Below are positions 8,000-15,539 of a stretch of 47,964 bases of DNA, piece by piece. The first letter of the stretch is position 1; each line of letters opens with the position of its first letter. This DNA comes from a virus. Taxonomy: Duplodnaviria > Caudoviricetes. Both the position numbers and the translations under genes were made by a program. The stretch is taken from the IMG/VR virus record IMGVR_UViG_3300005573_000016, positions 1 through 47,964 of that record, one strand, 5' to 3'. The notes under the pieces are model-generated. The model saw only the letters and a program-made list of their open reading frames with translations, did no database searches and was not told the origin of the DNA.

Positions 8000-8830
8000 C
8001 TACTGCTTGCTAGCCACCGTGATCCGATAGCAGGCCGCTCCCTGCGACAGGACCTCCCACTGCCGCTGAGCCGAAAGGATGTTCCGAATCGGTACCCTCG
8101 GCGCCCAAAGGGCGGACAGTCTCGCGAGCGGGCCAAACACCCGGACAAGCCTCCGAAGTCGGCGCGCGGAGGGGAGCACGTTGCGGGTCACATCCCAACT
8201 GGAGACCCTGGAGAATCCTGCCGTCAGGAGGTCGTCGTACCATTCGTCAGGGGTCTGGAGCCTCGGCATCGCCCAATCTTGCTCCCATTCCTCAAGGCAC
8301 CGCTCAAGCCGTTGAGTGGCCTGCCCCGTACGGTAGAAGTCCGCCACGACCAGGCGGCCGCCGGGCTCAAGGACCCGGAAGGCCTCCGTCAGGAAGTCCA
8401 GCTTAGGGCGGGCATAGCACGAGGACTCGATCGCGAACACGACCTCGAATGACTCATTCGGGAGCGGCAGGTCCCGGTAGTCGGCGCAGAAGAAACGCAC
8501 CCCACGGACGCCCTTGCGCAGCCTGATGCGGTTCGCCTCTGCGATCTGCTCAGGCACGACCGACACGCCCACGACCTGCGCCCCGCGGGCTTCGGCCAGC
8601 CACCGGGCCGTGCCACCCGTGCCGCAGCCGGCATCCAGGACCTTCGTCCCTGGGAAGTACACGCTCCCCGCGTTTGCCAGTACCTCCAGCATGCGGGTGA
8701 GGGAGGCTGCGTGGCTAGACACGCCATCATCCCACCACCCGTAGTGGAGGTGCTCCGGGCTCCAGACCAGCTTGTACTGCCAGCCGGTCTGCCGGTAATA
8801 CTCCATGACTCGATCAAGATCAGTTGCCAT
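8000..8830 (-). CDS. Class I SAM-dependent small-molecule methyltransferase (tocopherol/sterol methyltransferase-like)
   Basis: HLHYGWW, VLDAGCGTGG, FEVVFAIESSCY, FRVLEPGGRLVVAD motifs. Confidence 0.88.
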   Translation of the reverse strand: MATDLDRVMEYYRQTGWQYKLVWSPEHLHYGWWDDGVSSHAASLTRMLEVLANAGSVYFPGTKVLDAGCGTGGTARWLAEARGAQVVGVSVVPEQIAEANRIRLRKGVRGVRFFCADYRDLPLPNESFEVVFAIESSCYARPKLDFLTEAFRVLEPGGRLVVADFYRTGQATQRLERCLEEWEQDWAMPRLQTPDEWYDDLLTAGFSRVSSWDVTRNVLPSARRLRRLVRVFGPLARLSALWAPRVPIRNILSAQRQWEVLSQGAACYRITVASKQ

Positions 8831-9689
8831 AGGCTTCCACCGGCGTTTCGGTAGCCGGTTGCCCAGGGGCTACCACCGGGACACCCTCTTGGTTGATCGG
8901 CACCGCCATCGTCTCGCCGCCACCGCCGGCGACGAGAACGCCCACGACCTGGCCCTGCGGGTCGATAATGGGCGCACCGCTCTCGCCGGCGATCGAGCTT
9001 CCGCTGAAAATCTCGGCCCACCCGAGCTGTAGGTACGGGGGCATGGTCCCGCCCTCGGTCTGGTACGTGAAGCCGTGCTGGAAGCCGCGGAACGTGAGGA
9101 AGTTGACGGTCGCCGAGTTGCCGTCGAACCATCCGCCGTCGCCGTCGCCCACGACGATGCACGGCTCGCCTGGATAAAGCGCCCGCCACCCCGCAATGGT
9201 GAAGTAGCGAGGAGCAAGCGGCGCACCGGACCCGACGCCCACGATGCTTCCTGGCTGAAGCGGCTCGGCAAGGGTGTACGTCACGTCATCGTAGCCCCAC
9301 ATGACCGTATCGCCTGGCGCCCAAAGCCCGGCCTCATGGACCCACGGGCCCCGGAGGCCTCGCACGTCCACCTGACCCCACACGTCCCAATGCGTGGGAT
9401 CGTAGGCTCCTGACGACGTGTAGTGACCCTGGACCCAATAACCGACGCAGTGAACCGCCGTGTACTCGCGCACCTGGCCGTCCACGACCGCCTGCCAACC
9501 GGTGCACATGGCGGCAGGCCGACTGCCGAAGAAGTCGGCCCACACGCTCTGCCCAACGCCGACCGCGTACTCAGCGCCCAAGGCCTCGTGGACAACCTGC
9601 GTCCACGGCGGGGTTTGGGCCTGGGCGGCTCCTACCGCAACTGTCAGGCAGGCTGCAAAAGAAACCGCCGCAACAACGGACTTTCTCAT
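8820..9689 (-). CDS. Secreted trypsin-like serine protease
   Basis: Signal peptide (MRKSVVAAVS...AQA), TAVHC (His) and GESGAPI (Ser) motifs, then GQVVGV. Confidence 0.8.
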   Translation of the reverse strand: MRKSVVAAVSFAACLTVAVGAAQAQTPPWTQVVHEALGAEYAVGVGQSVWADFFGSRPAAMCTGWQAVVDGQVREYTAVHCVGYWVQGHYTSSGAYDPTHWDVWGQVDVRGLRGPWVHEAGLWAPGDTVMWGYDDVTYTLAEPLQPGSIVGVGSGAPLAPRYFTIAGWRALYPGEPCIVVGDGDGGWFDGNSATVNFLTFRGFQHGFTYQTEGGTMPPYLQLGWAEIFSGSSIAGESGAPIIDPQGQVVGVLVAGGGGETMAVPINQEGVPVVAPGQPATETPVEAYGN

Positions 9690-9946
9690 ACGGTGTTCCT
9701 CCCTTCGCGCACGTTACGCTCTACAACTTGAATCTCCCGCCAAATCAAGGACCCTGCATTCGGGATAGCATCCTGGACCCACCTGCCCACCTGAGCCACG
9801 CAAGACCTTTCCCTTGCGCCCGTGACTCGCTGAGACAGCGCCACGCAGGGCTGCCAGGCTGCAGGAGCTGCGCGGGCATGATAGACCACGGAAAGCACCA
9901 GGTCGACCGCGACCAGCGCCACGGCCAGGCGGAAGACTACGCGCAT
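9686..9946 (-). CDS. Small exported or membrane protein
   Basis: Hydrophobic N-terminus MRVVFRLAVALVAVDLVLSVV, two Cys, RBS present. Confidence 0.65.
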   Translation of the reverse strand: MRVVFRLAVALVAVDLVLSVVYHARAAPAAWQPCVALSQRVTGARERSCVAQVGRWVQDAIPNAGSLIWREIQVVERNVREGRNTV

Positions 9947-9965
9947 GACCTCACCCCCCTTCAGC

Positions 9966-10024
9966 CATCCGGCCCCGCATGCCCCGACGGTTACTGTTCG
10001 GCGCATGCGGCGCAGGGCGCGCCG
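9966..10024 (-). repeat. Intergenic structured repeat, copy 1 of 5
   Basis: CATCCGGCCCCGCATG-hairpin-CATGCGGCGCAGGGCGCGCCG, 6 nt after a TAG stop. Confidence 0.85.
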
Positions 10025-10030
10025 AAGATC

Positions 10031-10531
10031 CTACTGCTCCACACTGGCTATCTGCTCTGTCCAAAAGCTAAATCGCCGTTCCTGCCACTCGTGTTCAGCA
10101 GCCAAAGCAGCCTCGCGGGCTGTGCCAACCGCGGCAGAAAGAACGGCATAGGCAGCGGCACAGTCCGCGTCGTAGTCGCTTCTATCGACACTATCGGCAG
10201 CAGCGACTGCGGCAGCATCGGATGCCGCCTGGAGCCCGAAGTAACATACATACTGCGCCGTAAACTCGTCATCGCCGAACGCGCCGCAACCAAGCGCGGC
10301 AACGGCTGCGTACCCAACATGGGCAGGCACTGCCACGCCGCTAGCGGCGACAACGGCATCACTCGCAGCGTCGCAAGCCGCTGCGAGTGCGTCCGGCGTG
10401 GTTTGGCCGAGGGCGTACTTTCGAGCTTCCTCGACCACCTGCCAACTGCGGGGGTCGGGTTCATAACCCAACTCCCGCTCGCGCGTCAACACGTGTTCTG
10501 CGTAATCGCAAGCAAACAACCGATACTGCAT
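10031..10531 (-). CDS. Ala-rich phage protein, Imm5-like helical family
   Basis: RLFACDYAEHVL...DPR...ARKYALG pattern with Ala-rich repeats; ATG at 10531 after AAGGAGG. Confidence 0.7.
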   Translation of the reverse strand: MQYRLFACDYAEHVLTRERELGYEPDPRSWQVVEEARKYALGQTTPDALAAACDAASDAVVAASGVAVPAHVGYAAVAALGCGAFGDDEFTAQYVCYFGLQAASDAAAVAAADSVDRSDYDADCAAAYAVLSAAVGTAREAALAAEHEWQERRFSFWTEQIASVEQ

Positions 10532-10563
10532 CAAGTCTTCCCTCCTTCTTGCTTCGACCGGAT

Positions 10564-10615
10564 CATCCGGCCCCGCGTACCGCAGGTCATGCGGCACGCG
10601 GCGCAGGACGCGCCG
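10564..10615 (-). repeat. Intergenic structured repeat, copy 2 of 5
   Basis: CATCCGGCCCCGCGT...ACGCGGCGCAGGACGCGCCG with a compensatory change, 6 nt after TAG. Confidence 0.85.
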
Positions 10616-10621
10616 TGGGCC

Positions 10622-11113
10622 CTACGGGATGGTAGAAAGCACCGCTTCCATCCGTCGTTGAAGATCCTCCAGGTGCTCTAGACGCGCCACGGATACATCC
10701 TCCGAGTGTGCATACTCCTCACACAGCGTCTGCAAGTGCGCGATCAAGTCCCTCGCCTGCTCCGTCAAATGCCGCCCGTCCCACGCAATGGGGTCCGGCC
10801 AGTGCTCGCCCTGATGGTCCGGATCGAGAGCTTCGCTTGCCTCCACGATTAGGGCCTCCAACTCCTCCGCTTTAGGGTCCAGTTCGCCGTCCGGCCCGAA
10901 CCAGGATTCCACGACAGGAGCTACATCTAGGTGCCAGTGTCCGCGACCGTAAGGCATACCTGTCTGCTCATGCACGGGCCGGGTGATCGTGATATACCCT
11001 GCGTCCTCCATACGACGGAGCCAGTACGTGTCCTCAACGTCGGTGAAGTGATGCCCTGCCCCATCCCGCTCCGTCAGCCTGCCCAAGCGCACCTTGTCTT
11101 CCCGCGTCAACAT
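10622..11113 (-). CDS. Acidic hypothetical protein (MLTREDKVRL...)
   Basis: 3' part of ORF 10622-11377; purine-rich RBS before ATG 11113. Confidence 0.7.
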   Translation of the reverse strand: MLTREDKVRLGRLTERDGAGHHFTDVEDTYWLRRMEDAGYITITRPVHEQTGMPYGRGHWHLDVAPVVESWFGPDGELDPKAEELEALIVEASEALDPDHQGEHWPDPIAWDGRHLTEQARDLIAHLQTLCEEYAHSEDVSVARLEHLEDLQRRMEAVLSTIP

Positions 11114-11138
11114 GCCCCATTCCCCTTCCCTCGTGTTG

Positions 11139-11174
11139 GATTCTTCCCCGAAGCCTCCGGCGCAGAACGCGCTG
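11139..11174 (-). repeat. Intergenic structured repeat, short degenerate copy 3 of 5
   Basis: GATTCTTCCCCGAAGCCTCCGGCGCAGAACGCGCTG; GTCC/GGAT pair replaced by GTTC/GAAT; 3 nt after TAG. Confidence 0.6.
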
Positions 11175-11177
11175 GGA

Positions 11178-11381
11178 CTACCCCATGACGCGCTCCAAGA
11201 TGCGCTGGACCTTCCGAACGTCGTCGGGGTTGCTCCCGGCGACACTGCGAACGATGTTGATGGCGTAGGGGTCGAGGTCTTTTGTGTGCACGTCATATCC
11301 TGCCTGCCGCAGGAGAACTGCCGCCACTCGAAGCTGCTCCCGCGTGAAAGACCTCGCGTTCGGCCACCGTACCTCACTCAT
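11178..11381 (-). CDS. Small hypothetical protein
   Basis: 67 aa, AAGGAGG RBS, own predicted promoter. Confidence 0.75.
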   Translation of the reverse strand: MSEVRWPNARSFTREQLRVAAVLLRQAGYDVHTKDLDPYAINIVRSVAGSNPDDVRKVQRILERVMG

Positions 11382-11416
11382 TGGAAACCCTCCTTGTGTT
11401 CGCTCGATCTGGGACC

Positions 11417-11446
11417 ATCATATCCGGGTTGACGCTAACCCGTCAA
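11417..11446 (-). promoter_or_regulatory. Sigma70/SigA-type promoter TTGACG-18-TATGAT with palindromic operator GGGTTAGCGTCAACCC (11426-11441) in the spacer
   Basis: Read directly from the minus strand; the operator recurs at 11480, 13248 and 13302. Confidence 0.65.
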
Positions 11447-11673
11447 CTCTCTTTTGTTCCCTTCTCTCCCTTTCCGCTGGGGTTAGCGTCACACTTTTGC
11501 GCATTACCTTCTGCAATCTCCTCCAATCGCCGGATCTCCTGGAGCATTAGCTCCTCGATCCGTCGGTTCCCTGGATTCGTGAACCTGTCGTAATACCGAC
11601 GCCACTGCTCAAGGGTGCTTCGGTCCAGCCATAGCGTCATGCGACGTCGGTTGGGTCCAGGCTTGTTCGGCAT
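11443..11673 (-). CDS. Ribbon-helix-helix-like DNA-binding protein
   Basis: RRRMTLWLDRSTLEQWRRY...RRIEELMLQEI strand-helix-helix pattern; GGGAGG RBS; upstream TTGACG-17-TAGGGT. Confidence 0.6.
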   Translation of the reverse strand: MPNKPGPNRRRMTLWLDRSTLEQWRRYYDRFTNPGNRRIEELMLQEIRRLEEIAEGNAQKCDANPSGKGEKGTKES

Positions 11674-11769
11674 AGTATCCTCCCTAACGTCAACCTGACG
11701 CCACCCTAAGCTTAGGGGAGCTGGACGTCAAGATCCATGTCCAAGATTTGTCCTCCCTCCTAGGCCTCT

Positions 11770-11821
11770 CATCCGGCCCCGCATGCCCCGTGCCCCGGAG
11801 CATGCGGCGCGGGACGCGCCG
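11770..11821 (-). repeat. Intergenic structured repeat, copy 4 of 5
   Basis: CATCCGGCCCCGCATG...CATGCGGCGCGGGACGCGCCG, 7 nt after the ardC TAG. Confidence 0.85.
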
Positions 11822-11828
11822 TGTCTTC

Positions 11829-12692
11829 CTAGGCCGTTTGGGCGATGGTCGCCACGCTTGCGGCCGCGTCCATGATGAGCAGGACGCAATCCTCAGCCAC
11901 TGCGGCAAGCCCGGCAAGCGATCCCAAGAGCCGTTCTTGCGATCCCGCGTAGGCCTCCATGTAGCGGACCGCCCATGCCGTTTCTCCCGTTGGCCGGCCG
12001 ACGATCCGGCCGATGGTCGCCGCGACCCATTCCGCGACGATTTCCTGTTCCACGTCCTGGCCGGGCTTCATACTCTTTCCCTGACTAGCGAGTAGGCGCT
12101 TGTGGGCAGCGTGGCCGAGTTCGTGCCAAAGAGTGTCGGGATCTTGGCTGGATAGATGGATCACTTCGCGCCCCTTGACTGAGAAGAACCCGTACTCTCC
12201 CTGCGTCGACGGGCCGTACTCAATCGCGATATTCCATGCGGTTGCAGCTTCGGCGAAGTCGGGAACCGGGCCCGCTTGGTACTCGGGCAAGGGTTCTCCC
12301 TCCGTGTCTTCGTACCGGAAGACGGGCGCCAACATGAAGCCAATCAGCTTTTGCTCTTCTTTCTCCTCTCCCGTTTCTGTGTCGGCTTTCTCAACCCGCA
12401 CGAACCGCGGGACGAAGATATGAAACGCCTTGGCTCCTTTCGCGACGTGGCGGCCGACTTCTGCCCATTGGCGGTATCCGCGCGCGTCAGCCGTCTTGTT
12501 GAGATACAGGAGCATGCGGTTCGTCGGGCTCCATTCGCGGCAGGGAGCGTCCGGAGATACGTCCATAAGGTGATGAGCGATCGCGTCGCCGACCTGGCCG
12601 CTCCGGACCATTTCAAGGACGGACTCCATGGCTTTGCGGGTTTCCTCCCGCATGTACGCTTGACGTTCTTCCTTCGTGTAGGTAGGCTTCAT
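11829..12692 (-). CDS. ardC: ArdC-like ssDNA-binding anti-restriction protein with C-terminal HExxH metallopeptidase-like domain
   Basis: WSPTNRMLL, ARGYRQW..VGRHV.KG.KA..IFVP, PVF...DTEGEPLP, WHELGH, EIVAE. Confidence 0.85.
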   Translation of the reverse strand: MKPTYTKEERQAYMREETRKAMESVLEMVRSGQVGDAIAHHLMDVSPDAPCREWSPTNRMLLYLNKTADARGYRQWAEVGRHVAKGAKAFHIFVPRFVRVEKADTETGEEKEEQKLIGFMLAPVFRYEDTEGEPLPEYQAGPVPDFAEAATAWNIAIEYGPSTQGEYGFFSVKGREVIHLSSQDPDTLWHELGHAAHKRLLASQGKSMKPGQDVEQEIVAEWVAATIGRIVGRPTGETAWAVRYMEAYAGSQERLLGSLAGLAAVAEDCVLLIMDAAASVATIAQTA

Positions 12693-12712
12693 TTGTGGGT
12701 TCTCCCTTCACT

Positions 12713-12741
12713 CCCGGCCGTGGCGGGCCGGGTTTTTGTTT
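12713..12741 (+). terminator. Intrinsic terminator oriented against the local operon
   Basis: CCCGGCC-GTGGCG-GGCCGGG followed by TTTTTGTTT on the plus strand. Confidence 0.6.
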
Positions 12742-12754
12742 GGCCGGATCCTGG

Positions 12755-12806
12755 CGTCCGGTCCCGCATGGCGAGGATCCCTCACCATGCGGCGCAGGAC
12801 GCGCCG
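12755..12806 (-). repeat. Intergenic structured repeat, copy 5 of 5
   Basis: CGTCCGGTCCCGCATG...CATGCGGCGCAGGACGCGCCG, 7 nt after TAG. Confidence 0.85.
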
Positions 12807-12813
12807 CGAATCG

Positions 12814-13203
12814 CTAGAGTTTCCGAACGTTCTTGTCTGCGGTGATAAGACCATAGGGTAGGCCGTCAACGTCGAGCGAAAGATCCCAACCCGCGAAGCG
12901 AAACTGCTTGGTTTCCTCCGGCCATTGGATTTCCACAATATGTCCTTCGTCCCGAATGACGTGCGGCAGAACTCCTGTCAAGCTGTCGATCACAAGACCG
13001 CGCCGCACGTACCGCGCGCCATCCCATTCCTCCCAACGCGGCCGCACTCTGCGCACGGTTGCCGTCTTGCCGTCATACTCATTGAGTTTTGCGAGGACGT
13101 GCTTCACGAGGACGCGATCCCCTACGCGATACTTCGGCGGTACACAAGACATGAGATGCTCGACGACACTCTGGCGCGTGGCTTCGTCTAGGTAAGCTTC
13201 CAC
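12814..13203 (-). CDS. Hypothetical protein, possible SH3/KOW-like domain
   Basis: GTG at 13203 after AGGAGG; KYRVGDRVLV...YDGKTATV pattern. Confidence 0.7.
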   Translation of the reverse strand: MEAYLDEATRQSVVEHLMSCVPPKYRVGDRVLVKHVLAKLNEYDGKTATVRRVRPRWEEWDGARYVRRGLVIDSLTGVLPHVIRDEGHIVEIQWPEETKQFRFAGWDLSLDVDGLPYGLITADKNVRKL

Positions 13204-13239
13204 TTTCGGTCCCTCCTGTCGTGGTTTCGTTCTGGCGTC

Positions 13240-13317
13240 ATTATCTCGGGTTGGCGTCAACCCTTCAAGTCTTCTGTCGGGCCGTCTAGTCCGGTTTCGA
13301 TGGGTTAGCGTCAACCT
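13240..13317 (-). promoter_or_regulatory. Promoter TTGAAG-17-GATAAT with operators GGGTTGGCGTCAACCC (13248-13263) and GGGTTAGCGTCAACCT (13302-13317)
   Basis: Read directly; heads the leftward accessory operon. Confidence 0.65.
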
Positions 13318-13513
13318 TCCTTCCTTTTGCTCTCTCTAGCTGCCGATTTCAAGTTTTTTCGCCAGACCGTTCGGATTGGTCCGGATCACGCCGCGGTCCC
13401 CTATGCGCGCGCGTTTCTCTAGATTCTGGGAGGAATCCAGGAAAACCCGCACGCCTAACTTGTAAAGACGTCCTAACTATTAGGAGAGAGCAACCAGAAG
13501 ACAAACAAACCTA

Positions 13514-13574
13514 TAGTGAACATCTTCACAAGCCCAAGGTGAAGCAAACAAACGGATTGTGAAACTGCTCACAA
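13514..13574. promoter_or_regulatory. Two Rex/CRP-like palindromes (TAGTGAACATCTTCACAA, TTGTGAAACTGCTCACAA), 43 nt apart
   Basis: Each is one mismatch from TTGTGAA-N4-TTCACAA; embedded in an A-rich degenerate tandem repeat. Confidence 0.55.
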
Positions 13575-13602
13575 TCCCAAGAGAAGCAGAAGACCCAAAC
13601 AG

Positions 13603-13649
13603 GTTAGGATACCCAACGGATCAAGCAAAGAGTGGTAGTTAGGATACCC
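13603..13649 (+). repeat. Direct repeat GTTAGGATACCC x2 (13603-13614, 13638-13649)
   Basis: Exact 12-nt repeat in the non-coding region. Confidence 0.8.
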
Positions 13650-13773
13650 TATCCATCATCGCGACAAAACTACCTTGGGGATTATGTCGCGGGAGAGGAA
13701 CCGCGAAACCACTCCCCAGACAAGGAGCGCGAGACATGCACGCGCTACGCTTGTGTGGGCAGGAGGGATGCGC

Positions 13774-14319
13774 ATGGCATACCGCTATGGGCCGGACGTG
13801 ATCGACGCGGTCCTGTTCGACCGCGGCGAGCCGCTGGGCGTTCTGAGCGTACCAGAGGAGGAGCTACCGCGTATCGGGGAGGCGATCCGTACGGCAACCG
13901 GGATCGAATATCAGCCCGCGGTGCAAACGACGCCCGGGGTGTACGACGTGTCGGGCACGGACATGGAGAAAGCGAAGGGCGACTCGCAGGACGGCGAGTA
14001 CGACCTACACGCAAGCTGCACGGTGGAGCGTCCGCGCCCATGCGAGCTGACCATCGGAATCGGCCGCATTGCCGACCTGGCGCAGGAGGCGGGCGTGTCA
14101 GCTCAGGAGCTGCTTGCTCTGGAAGCCAAGGGCGAGGCGACGGAGCAGGAGGCCTATGAGGCCGCACGCTCTGTCATCGAGCGAATGCCGTGCGGCGGGC
14201 CGAGATACGAGGCCGAAATATGGTATGACGTGGTGGGCACGGCTCCCGACGCGCCCGATACCTGGCCGCCCCTTCCGCCTAGCACATGCCCGGCGCCGGT
14301 CGTAGAGGAGCCCGCGTAG
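13774..14319 (+). CDS. Acidic hypothetical protein
   Basis: ATG 13774, 7 nt after AGGAGG. Confidence 0.8.
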   Translation: MAYRYGPDVIDAVLFDRGEPLGVLSVPEEELPRIGEAIRTATGIEYQPAVQTTPGVYDVSGTDMEKAKGDSQDGEYDLHASCTVERPRPCELTIGIGRIADLAQEAGVSAQELLALEAKGEATEQEAYEAARSVIERMPCGGPRYEAEIWYDVVGTAPDAPDTWPPLPPSTCPAPVVEEPA

Positions 14320-14321
14320 CC

Positions 14322-14603
14322 ATGGCTGCCAAGGAAGGCTACAGCCTAGCGGAGGAGTACGAGCCCTACCTGTACCGCAACCCGGTCACGGGAAAGCGCA
14401 AGCTCGTCCTGCGTGAACGGCACGACGTCACGCATAGCTCACGGCTCGCCGCGTATCGGGATTGCATGTCGGAGGAGCTGAGGGGAGCCCGTTACCGCGG
14501 ACATGGCGCGGCCGAAGATGAGCGCGAGGTCCGTGCGGCATTCAGTAAGGCAGCCCACGAGTGCGCCGCCTTGGACAAGCAATACCCGAGCGACCGAAGG
14601 TGA
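14322..14603 (+). CDS. Small protein, paralog A
   Basis: GAGGAG RBS; aligns along its length with 14679-14939. Confidence 0.8.
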   Translation: MAAKEGYSLAEEYEPYLYRNPVTGKRKLVLRERHDVTHSSRLAAYRDCMSEELRGARYRGHGAAEDEREVRAAFSKAAHECAALDKQYPSDRR

Positions 14604-14678
14604 TCGAGCCCGGCCCTACTATGCTGGTAGGCCGCAACTCCAAAAGCGGCTCGCGAGCCGACGACAGGAGGGACCGTT

Positions 14679-14939
14679 ATGGCAAAGGCGGGCTACCCGC
14701 TGGAACTCGAAACCTATTTGCATCGCGATCCTGTCACGGGTCAGACCAACAGCTTCGTCCGCACGAAGCACGCACGTCAGAGCAGTGAGCGCCTGCGCGC
14801 CCACAAGCAGTGCGTGGCCGAGCAAATGCGGGGCTTCACGGCCAGGGGCGGGGACGCGCGGCAGGATGCAATGTCCGTACGGGAGCGGTTCACCCAGGCC
14901 TCGAAGGCCTGCGCTGGCCGCGGCGGACGCGCCCGGTAA
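14679..14939 (+). CDS. Small basic protein, paralog B
   Basis: AGGAGG RBS; shared GY.L...YL.R.PVTG, RL.A...C..E..RG, VR..F..A...CA. Confidence 0.8.
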   Translation: MAKAGYPLELETYLHRDPVTGQTNSFVRTKHARQSSERLRAHKQCVAEQMRGFTARGGDARQDAMSVRERFTQASKACAGRGGRAR

Positions 14940-14951
14940 CACGAACCGAGA

Positions 14952-14982
14952 AGAGGGTCCAGGGTCAACCCCTGGGCCCTCT
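14952..14982. terminator. Hairpin between convergent operons, probable terminator
   Basis: AGAGGGTCCAGGG-TCAAC-CCCTGGGCCCTCT. Confidence 0.65.
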
Positions 14983-15000
14983 CCTTGTATGCGCAGGCAG

Positions 15001-15537
15001 TCAGCGATACCCGACCGTACCAAGGGGAGGTTGCCTCGCCGACCGCGGGGACCCCTTGGCCGCGTCCGACAGCTCGCACCCAATTACAAACGGCTCCATG
15101 CCAAGCCTCTCTACCGTATCCGTCATGAAGCTGTTGGCTTGCCCGGGTGAGGCCTGGATCAGCCCGGTTGCGAGCCCGAACAGGGCCTCCGTGGCGTACG
15201 CGCGTGGCTCCACATTCCCTCGAGCATCGAGAATCACCCCATGCCGAGGGGGCGTCGGCCCGAACTCGGACAGGATGTGCGACAGCTCGTGGGCCAGGGT
15301 CAGGGCCCTCTCCTTGTCGTCCAGCGTACGGTCCACGACTGCGACAAAGTGCGTACCCCTGGTAGCCACGACACCCGCCAGGTGCTCCTCCGCGTACCGC
15401 TCCGTCTCGGTACCGGGGCCGAAGTCGGCCTCCAGCACCTCGATGCCGCGGTCACGTGCCCACGCCTCCAGGTGCTCGTATAGCTGCGAGGGGGGTAGGC
15501 GGCGCGAAGGCGGAGGGGGGGTCAGGCAGTCGGCCAT
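15001..15537 (-). CDS. ImmA/IrrE-family metallopeptidase
   Basis: ARDRGIEV...VVDRTLDDKERALTLAHELSHIL...E; ATG 15537 follows the upstream stop. Confidence 0.8.
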   Translation of the reverse strand: MADCLTPPPPSRRLPPSQLYEHLEAWARDRGIEVLEADFGPGTETERYAEEHLAGVVATRGTHFVAVVDRTLDDKERALTLAHELSHILSEFGPTPPRHGVILDARGNVEPRAYATEALFGLATGLIQASPGQANSFMTDTVERLGMEPFVIGCELSDAAKGSPRSARQPPLGTVGYR

Positions 15538-15539
15538 CG

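Noticed and set aside
8000-8830. DNA methyltransferase
   Set aside because: Lacks DPPY/NPPY or PC catalytic motifs; matches small-molecule methyltransferase patterns.
9966-12806. Hairpins as UAG read-through signals or integron attC sites
   Set aside because: Read-through would be in frame with the next gene in only 2 of 5 cases, about chance level; attC RYYYAAC/GTTRRRY ends are absent.
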